A stretch of 64,000 bases of DNA, taken from the IMG/VR virus record IMGVR_UViG_3300025084_003138, positions 1,905 through 65,904 of that record; one strand, 5' to 3'. The first letter of the stretch is position 1, and every line of letters begins with the position of its first letter. This stretch comes from a virus. Taxonomy: Duplodnaviria > Caudoviricetes. Shown here in pieces: positions 37,915 through 46,740 of the stretch. The notes below the pieces were generated by a model. That model was not told where the DNA came from and ran no database searches. It saw nothing but the letters and a program-made list of their open reading frames with translations. A program made the translations under genes and the position numbers.

Positions 37915-38977
37915 GTTTTATTGTATCTATTATTGTTTTAATTTCGTTATCAGTTAACCACGCATGTATGGGCAACGATAAAACAGTGTTAGATGCCGCC
38001 TTAGACGCTGTACAATTGTCACTGCGTATGGTTGCACTGTTGTACATATTATTTGCGCTCAAAGGTGTTTCGTAGTGTATGCTGGCGTTTAGTGCGTTCT
38101 TTACCCGTTTACGAGTGTCCTTGTCCTCAAACCGTATAACATATTTGTGATAATTATTATCTAATCCATTTGTAACCTTAGGAGTTATAACAGGCAAGTT
38201 TGCAAAAGCACTATTGTACTGATGTGCAATAGACTGACGCTTGGTTTGATTTTGCTCCATACTTTTCATACGCTGTTCTATAATACGAGCATTGAGAACA
38301 TACATACGGCTATTATATCCTAGTATATCAAACGTTTTATCTTTACCGTGTCTACGAATCATCTTAAGACGCTTTGCAATATTGCTATCGTCTGTTAGTA
38401 CAACACCACCGCCGTTAATGCCTGCGATAACTTTATTACTGTTAAAACTGAATATACTGCAATCGCCGATCGTTCCTGCACGTACTCCGTCTAAACTACT
38501 ACCTAACGCTTGTGCTGCATCTTCGATAAACAGTATGTTGTGTTCCTTACAGAACGCTTGTAGTGCAGTTGTGTCTTCCATAGCACCAAACAAGTGTACA
38601 TACACGATAGCCTTTACACGGTCGCTGTACATACGCTGTACGCTGTCTAAGCTCATTTGATAAGTATCTAAATTTATATCGCAAAACACAGGAGTAGCAC
38701 CTACCATATCTACACAACTAGCACTACTGATCCAACTAAAGTCTGTTACTAGTACTTCATCACCTGGACCAATGCCATGTGCTATTAGTGAAAAGTGCAA
38801 TGCGTCTGTAGCACTGCTCACGCTAACGCAGTGTTTGCGCCCTAGCTTCTCAGCAAAATTGCGCTCAAAATCTTCATTGTTTTCGTAGTTCATTTGACTC
38901 ATAAATTGGTCAAAGATTTCTAAGTATGTTTGTTTGTTTTCTTGATACTCTCGGTCCCACGCATCATATGCTGTCAT
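37904..38977 (-). CDS. DegT/DnrJ/EryC1/StrS PLP-dependent sugar aminotransferase
   Basis: SATDALH, GPGDEV, SWISSASC, PVFCDI, IEDAAQALG, FSFNSNK (PLP lysine), GYNSRM, VLSLPIH. Confidence 0.95.
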   Translation of the reverse strand: MTAYDAWDREYQENKQTYLEIFDQFMSQMNYENNEDFERNFAEKLGRKHCVSVSSATDALHFSLIAHGIGPGDEVLVTDFSWISSASCVDMVGATPVFCDINLDTYQMSLDSVQRMYSDRVKAIVYVHLFGAMEDTTALQAFCKEHNILFIEDAAQALGSSLDGVRAGTIGDCSIFSFNSNKVIAGINGGGVVLTDDSNIAKRLKMIRRHGKDKTFDILGYNSRMYVLNARIIEQRMKSMEQNQTKRQSIAHQYNSAFANLPVITPKVTNGLDNNYHKYVIRFEDKDTRKRVKNALNASIHYETPLSANNMYNSATIRSDNCTASKAASNTVLSLPIHAWLTDNEIKTIIDTIKHAI

Positions 38978-40202
38978 TGTAATAGCTCTCTAGTTCTGGA
39001 TATAATTTAAAAATATCTGTTTTATAATATTCGTCTGATTGTTTAATATAGTTTATAGCTGCTATAAACTTTTTCTTATCTCCCTTCATTGCAAGTGCGT
39101 TAACAATAATTGGATAATTACGATACTTCTTACGTAATTTCTTTTTAAGTTTTTTAGGTAAGTGTCTAACATGCAACTCATCAGGATCGTCGACTACAAA
39201 ACAGAAATATTCTAAATTTTTTCTATCACAAAAATTTTGTAGTTTGTCGTATTTTAATACACTTAATAATGATAATGTTGAAAACACACCCATTTTAACA
39301 TTTCTATAACTTCTAAGAGTGTTTAGGTTACTAACAATAGTATGCCAGTCTGATCTTCGACGTATATAATCATTATATTTTCCAAATCCGTCAAGCGAAG
39401 CACTAATATTTAATTGTCTAAATTTATCAACAAAGTCTAAAATATTATACTTAGTAGTTCCTAGTACTGTTAAATTACTATTCATTTCAAGAATAATGTT
39501 TTTTGAGTGACCGCTTTCGACTAGTCTGTTAAGAAAATCAAACTGTTTTTTCATTACAAAGGGCTCGCCGCCTTGTAGCAAAAAAGTATGTATATACGGT
39601 GCAAGTTCAACTAGTTCGTCTATAGTGTTGCTTTTAGAAGATTTTATATTATTAGGAGAATCTTGGTCAAATGTTTTTATGTACTTTCTATTATCAAGTT
39701 TTTTAAACATTAGTTGTCTAGTAGACGATGCACCTGGTTGACACATATAACAATCGAGATTACATTGATTACCGAAAACTCTTGCTTGTAATACTAAGCA
39801 TCTTTCTGTAATTGTATATTCCTGCGTAGGATCAAACGAAAGTACTTGATCTATACAAGAAAAGTCTTGGTTAATCTTAATGGTTTCTAGCAATCTTTTG
39901 ACATGATGCTGTCTGTCAGATTCTCCGTAATTTGCTTCTTGTTCTATACAGCGTCGACATTGACTGTTTAAAACAGGAGTATCAACAATTGTTTCGTCTA
40001 GCATTTCAATTCTTGCATCAGTTAACAATTTAGAATTTAACCATTCTTTAGGTGTAGTTGTTGATGTGTTAAGATCGGCGTCTTCACCAATACAACATAC
40101 TTTGTAATCACCATTTGGATTAGTATATATGTGATCAAACAGTCTAGGACAAAACCAAATAGAGCCGTCTTTAATTTTATTTAATAATGTCTCGCGGTTC
40201 AT
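38964..40202 (-). CDS. Radical SAM enzyme with N-terminal twitch domain
   Basis: WFCPRLF..YKVCC..CRRC..SDR; GNQCNLDCYMC; LQGGEPF; ASLDGFGKYNDYIRRRSDW (close to the rSAM half of 34941..37175). Confidence 0.9.
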   Translation of the reverse strand: MNRETLLNKIKDGSIWFCPRLFDHIYTNPNGDYKVCCIGEDADLNTSTTTPKEWLNSKLLTDARIEMLDETIVDTPVLNSQCRRCIEQEANYGESDRQHHVKRLLETIKINQDFSCIDQVLSFDPTQEYTITERCLVLQARVFGNQCNLDCYMCQPGASSTRQLMFKKLDNRKYIKTFDQDSPNNIKSSKSNTIDELVELAPYIHTFLLQGGEPFVMKKQFDFLNRLVESGHSKNIILEMNSNLTVLGTTKYNILDFVDKFRQLNISASLDGFGKYNDYIRRRSDWHTIVSNLNTLRSYRNVKMGVFSTLSLLSVLKYDKLQNFCDRKNLEYFCFVVDDPDELHVRHLPKKLKKKLRKKYRNYPIIVNALAMKGDKKKFIAAINYIKQSDEYYKTDIFKLYPELESYYNDSI

Positions 40203-40984
40203 TTATTCTCAGACCCTAACAGTGCATGTTGCCGATTAAATTCTGCCTCCATCTTTTTACGAGGCATCTTATGCCAATCAAGCAAAGATTGGGCTTTATG
40301 CCCCCAATATTCTTTTTTTACACGTTCTTGTGTGTGTTTTTTATCTGGAGTAGTTAGCTTAAAGTCTACATTTTTTCTAAGTAACGGACTATCAGGATTA
40401 AATCCTCTGTTTGTGTTTACTAATAATAAACTAAAATCTTCTTGCTTTGCAATTTCGATAGCACGATCTACTTCGTGTTCGTTGTATCCAAATATAATAT
40501 ATTGCCAAACAATTACATGACCTAGATCTCTGCCCTGCTTCATTCGTTTCCATACATCGTCAAACTTAGAACCAATGCGATATAGTTCGCTCTTCTCGTC
40601 AATTCCATCTACACCAAAATACCAAGCATTTTCACCTACACCGTAACTGTATGCTTCGTCCCACCATGCATCACTCTTGCCACTTCCTACAGTAGCAATA
40701 CGAACTGCTTTTTGGTTACCGTTACACATTTTTAAAAGATTTAAAAATTTTGGATGATATATGGGATCAGATATTTGTCCACAAAATGTTAATCCGTAAT
40801 CGTAATAGTCTAGAATTTTTTTAAAGTTATGTTCTTCTAAATCAAAACTACGTTTAATTTGTGCTTGGCTAGATGTTTTTTGTCTAATACATTGCGGACA
40901 TTTAAAAATACAACGATGAGAAGCATCGATGTTAGGCCTAAACATTCTTTGTTTTTCTACATATTCATCAGTAATCCTTGACAT
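40199..40984 (-). CDS. Short radical SAM core lacking an auxiliary domain
   Basis: SHRCIFKCPQC; FCGQISDP; FGVDG..LYR; WQYIIFGYNEH; aligns by eye to the core of 22092..23354. Confidence 0.85.
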   Translation of the reverse strand: MSRITDEYVEKQRMFRPNIDASHRCIFKCPQCIRQKTSSQAQIKRSFDLEEHNFKKILDYYDYGLTFCGQISDPIYHPKFLNLLKMCNGNQKAVRIATVGSGKSDAWWDEAYSYGVGENAWYFGVDGIDEKSELYRIGSKFDDVWKRMKQGRDLGHVIVWQYIIFGYNEHEVDRAIEIAKQEDFSLLLVNTNRGFNPDSPLLRKNVDFKLTTPDKKHTQERVKKEYWGHKAQSLLDWHKMPRKKMEAEFNRQHALLGSENK

Positions 40985-41315
40985 TTGCTTGTCCTATTAC
41001 TTCTTGTTTTTCTTCTTCCTTTAATTTCTTCATATCTACATCAATGCCGCATTTCTTTTTACACATATAAGATGCATTCTCTGGATCATTTAGTAAAGTT
41101 TGAAAAAAGTTCTCCCATTGGTCAGAGACAAATATGTCGTCTAAACAACTATTATTTTCAACGGCTAATACTTCGTCCTTTAGTCCGCACTCAGTTACAT
41201 ACCGATGCACAGGAGGATCGTCCATCCAACAACATGGTAACATATAACCGTCTGATGTATATGCTGCTCCTTTATTGTTTCGATCAAATTGCAAACATTT
41301 AGGTTGTATTTTCAT
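40968..41315 (-). CDS. Stand-alone twitch/SPASM Fe-S domain protein
   Basis: IQPKC..TSDGYMLPCCW..MCKKKCG; matches the C-terminal domain pattern of 22092..23354. Confidence 0.75.
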   Translation of the reverse strand: MKIQPKCLQFDRNNKGAAYTSDGYMLPCCWMDDPPVHRYVTECGLKDEVLAVENNSCLDDIFVSDQWENFFQTLLNDPENASYMCKKKCGIDVDMKKLKEEEKQEVIGQANVKDY

Positions 41316-41662
41316 AATTGACTATCGCCTTTTTCAACTCTATAGTTATCTTGTGTGCTATCTGGTGTACTTACTTCTATTATAGTACCTTCTTCAACAC
41401 ACATAAGCTGATGCGGCAGCATTGGAGTAATATGCTTAGTGTCGCCGATATTTAATGTTTCTACATTTATAGTTGCAGAAGTTGTGTCAATTGTTTTAAG
41501 TATAAAGCTACCACTAAGCACATGCCATGTTTCATCTTTTTCTTTGTGGAGATGCATACTAAATTTAGAACCTTGATTAAAGTTTAATAATTTCCCGCAA
41601 TATAGATTATTAGAAGCAAATATTTTTTCAGTACCCCAACCCTTTTTAACAATTTCTGTCAT
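41312..41662 (-). CDS. Cupin-fold sugar isomerase/epimerase-like protein
   Basis: KKGWGTE, FSMHLHKEKDETW, ITPMLPHQL, IIEVSTPD cupin metal-binding pattern. Confidence 0.8.
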   Translation of the reverse strand: MTEIVKKGWGTEKIFASNNLYCGKLLNFNQGSKFSMHLHKEKDETWHVLSGSFILKTIDTTSATINVETLNIGDTKHITPMLPHQLMCVEEGTIIEVSTPDSTQDNYRVEKGDSQL

Positions 41663-42470
41663 TTATATAATCCGTTATTGTAGTCCAGTTCATGTCAACT
41701 GTAGAAGATAGCTTGTCTAAGTTAGCACAGGTGTATGCTTGATATTGATTTTTTACCTCTGCTGGTATAGTTATATATCTAATTTTAGCATTATATTTTT
41801 TGATAATGGTTTGTGCAACATCTTCAAAACTAGTTGCTGTTCCGGTTCCTACATTGTATATATTACTAAATGTGCTATTAAACATTTTAGTGTGTAACAT
41901 ACACACATCTTCTACACATACAAAGTCTCTTTTATAATTATTACTATTTTCGAATAACGATATAACTCCGTCATATTTTGCTTGATTTATAAATTTAGTA
42001 TAAGGACTTGCCATATTACCTTTGTGTTCTTCACCAGGGCCGTATACATTAAAGTATCGAAATCCTTGTATAATAATATTACAAGTGTTAATAGTTTTAG
42101 ATACATACTGATCAAACAAATATTTTGACCAAGCATAAGGACTTTGTGGAGATAGATATCCGTCTTCTGTAAAATGAGTAGTTGTTCCGTATACACTGGC
42201 ACTTGATGCATATTGAAAATTAGTATTACTCTTCTTACACAATTGTAGAAGATCTACACTAAATTGATAATTTTGTTTCAAAATTTGGTATACATCAGTA
42301 TAGGTAGTGGAACTAATAGCACCTAAATGTATACACCAGTTATATCCTCGAGTGTCAGGCATAGAATTAGATTTCCATTCCCATCCGTCAACTTCGTGTC
42401 CTTGTTCTTTTAAAAATTTAAGAATGTTTGATCCTATAAATCCTTCGTGTCCTGTAACTAGTATTTTCAT
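41646..42470 (-). CDS. hldD: ADP-L-glycero-D-manno-heptose 6-epimerase-like SDR
   Basis: ILVTGHEGFIGSN, HLGAISST, YASSASVYG, YAWSK (YxxxK), GFRYFNVYGPGEEHKGNMAS, RDFVCVEDV; adjacent to hldE. Confidence 0.85.
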   Translation of the reverse strand: MKILVTGHEGFIGSNILKFLKEQGHEVDGWEWKSNSMPDTRGYNWCIHLGAISSTTYTDVYQILKQNYQFSVDLLQLCKKSNTNFQYASSASVYGTTTHFTEDGYLSPQSPYAWSKYLFDQYVSKTINTCNIIIQGFRYFNVYGPGEEHKGNMASPYTKFINQAKYDGVISLFENSNNYKRDFVCVEDVCMLHTKMFNSTFSNIYNVGTGTATSFEDVAQTIIKKYNAKIRYITIPAEVKNQYQAYTCANLDKLSSTVDMNWTTITDYINDRNC

Positions 42471-43609
42471 TTACTTGCTTTTATAATATCTGTTGTTGAA
42501 TATCCTACTATTGTAGGAACAATATGTACATTAGTTAAGTCGTGTCCGACAACTTGTTCTACTGTATAATCGCCGCCTTTTACAATTACGTACGGCTTTA
42601 ATTCTTTAATTAATTCGTACGGAGTATCTTCATCAAATACAACTACTTGATCTACCCACGGTAATATCTCTAATTGACTAATACGCTTTGCTTGGTTATT
42701 AATAGGACGACTACTGCCCTTTAACCGTTTTACACTAGCATCTGAATTAATACCTACAATTAGTTTAGTGCCGAGTCCTTTTGCTTCTGCTAAGAGCTCA
42801 AAATGACCTTTGTGTAGTATATCAAATACTCCGTTAGTAAACACTATACAATCTTCTAAGTCACTTATAGTAAGTGTATATGTGCCTGTATGTTGTACTG
42901 CTTGCCTAGAACCTTTAATAGCAATTTCTAAACATTTTTTATAAGCATATTCTTTTGTAAGTCCATATACAAATGCTGCTAAGAAGCAGTCGCCTGCACC
43001 TGTAACATCTGATACTTGTAAAGTTTCTACAGGTATGTCATAACTTTCTTTATCAATAATAGCATGTACATTATTTCCAGCATGTGTAACAATAATATTA
43101 CCTTGCCATAGATCAAAGTCTAATTCTGTAAATTCTTTTTCGTTAGGTTTGACAAGCCAAGCACCTTCGTAAAGAGTATAGTGGTCTTTCGGATCTACTA
43201 TAACTTTACAACCAAATTTATTAATGTGTTTAATAATGTCATATGATTGAGATAATACACCTTTGGCATAATCGCTTAGTACAACGTAATCGTACTGTTG
43301 AAAATCTTTATTAAGTATATCGCCTAATATTTCATCACCATTTGCGTGATAGTCGTTATCTATACGTGTGACGTAATGCCCATCACACATCACACGAGTC
43401 TTTACACTCTTTGGTTGATCATATTCATATAGTTCAACATCAACACCTAAACTTTTAAGATTGTTGTATACTAGTCCTGCACCGCCTAGTGATTCTTTTT
43501 CTTCCTTATATGTTACAACAGGCACTGGTGCTTCAGGACTTATACGAGTACTAGTACCGTATATGTATTTGTCAATTATTATATCACCGAGGACTAATAC
43601 TTTTATCAT
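42467..43609 (-). CDS. hldE: Bifunctional heptose-7-phosphate kinase / heptose-1-phosphate adenylyltransferase
   Basis: PfkB part LGDIIIDKY..RISPEAPVPVV..GGAG..SDYAKG..DPK..KPNE..DVTGAGD; cytidylyltransferase-like part VFTNGVFDILHKGH..VGINSDASVKRLKG..RPIN..VKGGDY. Confidence 0.95.
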   Translation of the reverse strand: MIKVLVLGDIIIDKYIYGTSTRISPEAPVPVVTYKEEKESLGGAGLVYNNLKSLGVDVELYEYDQPKSVKTRVMCDGHYVTRIDNDYHANGDEILGDILNKDFQQYDYVVLSDYAKGVLSQSYDIIKHINKFGCKVIVDPKDHYTLYEGAWLVKPNEKEFTELDFDLWQGNIIVTHAGNNVHAIIDKESYDIPVETLQVSDVTGAGDCFLAAFVYGLTKEYAYKKCLEIAIKGSRQAVQHTGTYTLTISDLEDCIVFTNGVFDILHKGHFELLAEAKGLGTKLIVGINSDASVKRLKGSSRPINNQAKRISQLEILPWVDQVVVFDEDTPYELIKELKPYVIVKGGDYTVEQVVGHDLTNVHIVPTIVGYSTTDIIKASK

Positions 43610-44457
43610 TTTAGTTCTTTTACAGCACCTAAAATTGCAGTTATGTCCGGTTCTTTGATATCACGCTTCCAATATATAGTTCCACCGTCTGTTCCCGGAT
43701 CTTTCCGTTCATAAATTACATCCTTGCCATAATACTTGCACTCTTGAAATATACGAGGAGCAGGATCAAAAGTTTCTTTAGTATATACATAAGTTTCAAA
43801 TAAGCTCATAAGATTTTCCACAGGTACAAATATATTATTATGCTTTACATTAACATACTTTGCGTCATATGTCAAGATACCGTGATCCGGATATTGATCA
43901 ATAACTTTTTCAACACTAGCATAGTATTTGTCATTTGTACCAAGAAATAAATGCTTAAACTGTATGTTATCTTTGTAAGGCTTGTATATGCTAAAGTTAA
44001 TAGTCTTTTCGAAGTGAGCACCTACACCATTAGGGTATACGTCTGTATCGCATAGATCTACTATTTGTTTAGGATTGTAAAATTCAACAGCCTTAGGATA
44101 ACCGTCTACATGATTTTCTGAATATACACTAATAACATCTCCGTCAAACAAGCGATATAATATACGTTTTTGTACGTCAGTATAATCATTAAAACTCTGC
44201 CAACTAAGTGTCATCATACTACGCCCCATAATAAGTGTAGTATCATTTAGTGCCGGAACATAATCGTCGATAAGAATATTATGACAATGTATATATTTGT
44301 TTTTAATTGAAGTTAGATACTCATCTTTAGTAAAGTTACGATGTGTTATAACAACAACCTGTGCAGGATAACCAGCATTATTAAGCATGTCACAGTATTC
44401 ATAACTGTAATAGAATAGGCCGTCTACCGGTTTGCTTGTAACTACAATATTAATCAT
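43606..44457 (-). CDS. Hypothetical protein, first gene of the heptose operon (possibly a divergent GT-B-like protein)
   Basis: Clean 283-aa ORF; the C-terminal 'FETYVY..DPAPRIFQECKYYGKDVI' loosely recalls GT-B donor-binding (E..a.G.pvi) motifs; weak. Confidence 0.6.
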   Translation of the reverse strand: MINIVVTSKPVDGLFYYSYEYCDMLNNAGYPAQVVVITHRNFTKDEYLTSIKNKYIHCHNILIDDYVPALNDTTLIMGRSMMTLSWQSFNDYTDVQKRILYRLFDGDVISVYSENHVDGYPKAVEFYNPKQIVDLCDTDVYPNGVGAHFEKTINFSIYKPYKDNIQFKHLFLGTNDKYYASVEKVIDQYPDHGILTYDAKYVNVKHNNIFVPVENLMSLFETYVYTKETFDPAPRIFQECKYYGKDVIYERKDPGTDGGTIYWKRDIKEPDITAILGAVKELK

Positions 44458-44463
44458 TATGCA

Positions 44464-44516
44464 ATTACTTATAAACCAGTATTATACTAAGACAATACTT
44501 TTGGCTTATAAGTAAT
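44464..44516. promoter_or_regulatory. Back-to-back divergent late-promoter-like motifs (11-bp inverted repeat, TATAAGTA each way)
   Basis: attacttataa (44464-44474) and ttataagtaat (44506-44516) are exact reverse complements in the gap between the divergent starts at 44457 (-) and 44536 (+). Confidence 0.6.
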
Positions 44517-44535
44517 ACATAAGCGAGGAAAAAAT

Positions 44536-45156
44536 ATGATTGAATATTTAACATTAGCTGGTTACGGAGATTTTATAGAAACTTCGATTCGGATAGAAGA
44601 TCCAGTATCTGTAGTGGAATGGACTGAAAATAATTTTGAGTATGTGCAATATAATCCGCATAGAAAAATTAATAGATGGGGATTAAGTATAACTAGCTTA
44701 GATGGCGGAGTGTCTGGAAAACCAGACCTTGATTCTTTTTACGCTACAGATCCTAATACCATGCCTACGGAGATGGATATTAATGTTCCTACTCCAGTTT
44801 ATGAACATCCTGAAATTAAAAAATTATGCGAACACTTTCAACCTTTTGTTGGCAGATCGCACTTTTTAAAGATACCACCAGGCGGATATTTCCCTCCGCA
44901 TAGAGATTATAAAAGTGCTGAATTAGAATCATTTAGAATTATTGTACCTATGTTAGACTTTGACTATCCTAGATTTACGTTTATTCTTGAAGATAAAGTA
45001 TTGCCTTGGAATGCAGGAAGTGCATATTTCTTAAACACTGCAAAAGCACATCACTTATTTAATTGTGGTGACCACGATAGTTATTGGATAGTACTTAATA
45101 TACAAACAACTAAAGAATCAATTATGAGAGTTATTGAACATATGGCTATTAGATGA
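44536..45156 (+). CDS. 2OG-Fe(II) dioxygenase, Asp/Asn beta-hydroxylase (LpxO-like) family
   Basis: RSHFLKIPPGGYFPPHRD (HxD), FRIIVP, YFLNTAKAHHLFNCG (distal His). Confidence 0.75.
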   Translation: MIEYLTLAGYGDFIETSIRIEDPVSVVEWTENNFEYVQYNPHRKINRWGLSITSLDGGVSGKPDLDSFYATDPNTMPTEMDINVPTPVYEHPEIKKLCEHFQPFVGRSHFLKIPPGGYFPPHRDYKSAELESFRIIVPMLDFDYPRFTFILEDKVLPWNAGSAYFLNTAKAHHLFNCGDHDSYWIVLNIQTTKESIMRVIEHMAIR

Positions 45157-45674
45157 CATACTATACTGAAGAACTTACTAAAGTTACACCGGCACTAGAA
45201 GACTTTATTGCACAATGTACATTATTTGGATATAAAAATAATAGTAGTCTAAAAGAATTACGGTGGGACTGGTGTTTAGAAGGAGGTATGTGGTATGCTA
45301 CATATACTAGAAACACAATAGTAAGTCTTACAGGCATTCATCCTTTTAAAGATGGGTACAGGGCTCTTTATAGAGGAGCGCAATTATGGGCAAGACCTAT
45401 GAAGGGACTAAATAGATATCAAATGCAGAGTTGGGGTATATATGATCATCTTCCCTTACAAATAGAATTTGCAAAAGGAAAGACTCTTTATATAACAACT
45501 AATATTAATAAAGATAACAGCGGAAGAATGAATAGGATACATAAGAGCTTTACTGCTATGGAAAAAGGCGGCATGGTATCGTATGTTGGTGATGAACAGA
45601 TTTTTAATGCTATGCAGAGTGTATGGAAATTAAATAATGAAAGATATTTTGAATTGAGAGAAAAATATGTATAA
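45153..45674 (+). CDS. Hypothetical protein, possibly GNAT-like
   Basis: Overlap-coupled ORF; the pattern WYATY..IVSLTGIH..YRALYRGAQ loosely resembles GNAT strands 2-4; weak. Confidence 0.55.
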   Translation: MTYYTEELTKVTPALEDFIAQCTLFGYKNNSSLKELRWDWCLEGGMWYATYTRNTIVSLTGIHPFKDGYRALYRGAQLWARPMKGLNRYQMQSWGIYDHLPLQIEFAKGKTLYITTNINKDNSGRMNRIHKSFTAMEKGGMVSYVGDEQIFNAMQSVWKLNNERYFELREKYV

Positions 45675-46740
45675 TGTAATAGGTAGTGGAACAGCGGCTT
45701 GGATAGCATGTTTATATTTGTTGAAAGCCGACAAACAAGTTACATTATTTAGAGATCCAAATACTGTTGTACGGAAAATAGGCGAATCAACTGTCCCTAC
45801 AATTAATGAAATACCTAAATTAATTGGTATGTCAGATCAAGAGTTTTTAAACAAAGTGAACGGTTATTTTAAATACGGAACATTATTTTCTGGTTGGAAA
45901 GATAATAACAGTTGGCTTTACTATTCTGCAAATGAACCCAAAGCATTAGAAACTGACAGACATCAAACTTATGCTTACCATATAGATGCTCCTGGATTTT
46001 GTCAGGTATTACAAAAATGGTGTGAGCAACAAGATAATTTTAAAATTGTAAATACACAGTTTACAATAGATCAATATGATAAGGAAGAATTTTACATTGA
46101 TGCTACAGGACAAAACGGTGTGCTTTCTGATCAAGTAGGATTAGTACATAATAAAAGTGACTTCCTTATAAATGACTATGCAGTAATTGGAAATGCTCCT
46201 AGTAAATACATTCCTTATACAAAGTCGCAAGCTCTAAGTAACGGTTGGCTATGGAGTATAAGTTTGCAAACAAGATTAAGTTATGGATATGTTTTTAGTT
46301 CAAAGTATATTTCTATAAACAATGCAATAAAAGAATTTGAAAACACAACAGGTGTTAAGCATGAAAATGTAATTAAATTTGAAACTAGAATACCAGAGCA
46401 AGCCTGGAAGGAAAATGTTTTATTCTTAGGTCTAAGTGCTGGATTTATAGAACCTTTAAATGCCACTGCAAACTTTGCGGCGCAAAGCGGAATCAAAAAT
46501 TTTCTTTTGCTAGAAGATAAACCTGATGCATATAACAGATTAATTAATAAAACATATACCGGAATACATAAATGGATAAAAGCATTGTATTCATGCAATA
46601 CTAGAAAAGGAGAGTATTGGGATTATTATAAAGACAATAGAGAAGATGCTGTAAATGATATATATTTTTACAGTGAGAACGGACACCAAGGGCTTATGGG
46701 TAAACATAGTTGGAATTTATTAAAGGATCACATGTTATGA
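45667..46740 (+). CDS. Tryptophan-halogenase-like flavoprotein
   Basis: VIGSGTAAW, IGESTVP, FKYGTLFSGW (PrnA K79-equivalent Lys), YAYHIDA, FYIDATG, GWLWSI, YGYVFSS, LGLSAGFIEPL. Confidence 0.85.
   Translation: MYNVIGSGTAAWIACLYLLKADKQVTLFRDPNTVVRKIGESTVPTINEIPKLIGMSDQEFLNKVNGYFKYGTLFSGWKDNNSWLYYSANEPKALETDRHQTYAYHIDAPGFCQVLQKWCEQQDNFKIVNTQFTIDQYDKEEFYIDATGQNGVLSDQVGLVHNKSDFLINDYAVIGNAPSKYIPYTKSQALSNGWLWSISLQTRLSYGYVFSSKYISINNAIKEFENTTGVKHENVIKFETRIPEQAWKENVLFLGLSAGFIEPLNATANFAAQSGIKNFLLLEDKPDAYNRLINKTYTGIHKWIKALYSCNTRKGEYWDYYKDNREDAVNDIYFYSENGHQGLMGKHSWNLLKDHML

Noticed and set aside
18057-41315. RiPP cluster (SPASM/twitch rSAMs acting on a precursor peptide)
   Set aside because: Genes overlap or leave only 50-140-bp gaps occupied by promoter-like motifs. 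No precursor ORF, RRE/PqqD domain, peptidase or exporter is seen. It cannot be excluded if a precursor lies outside the window.
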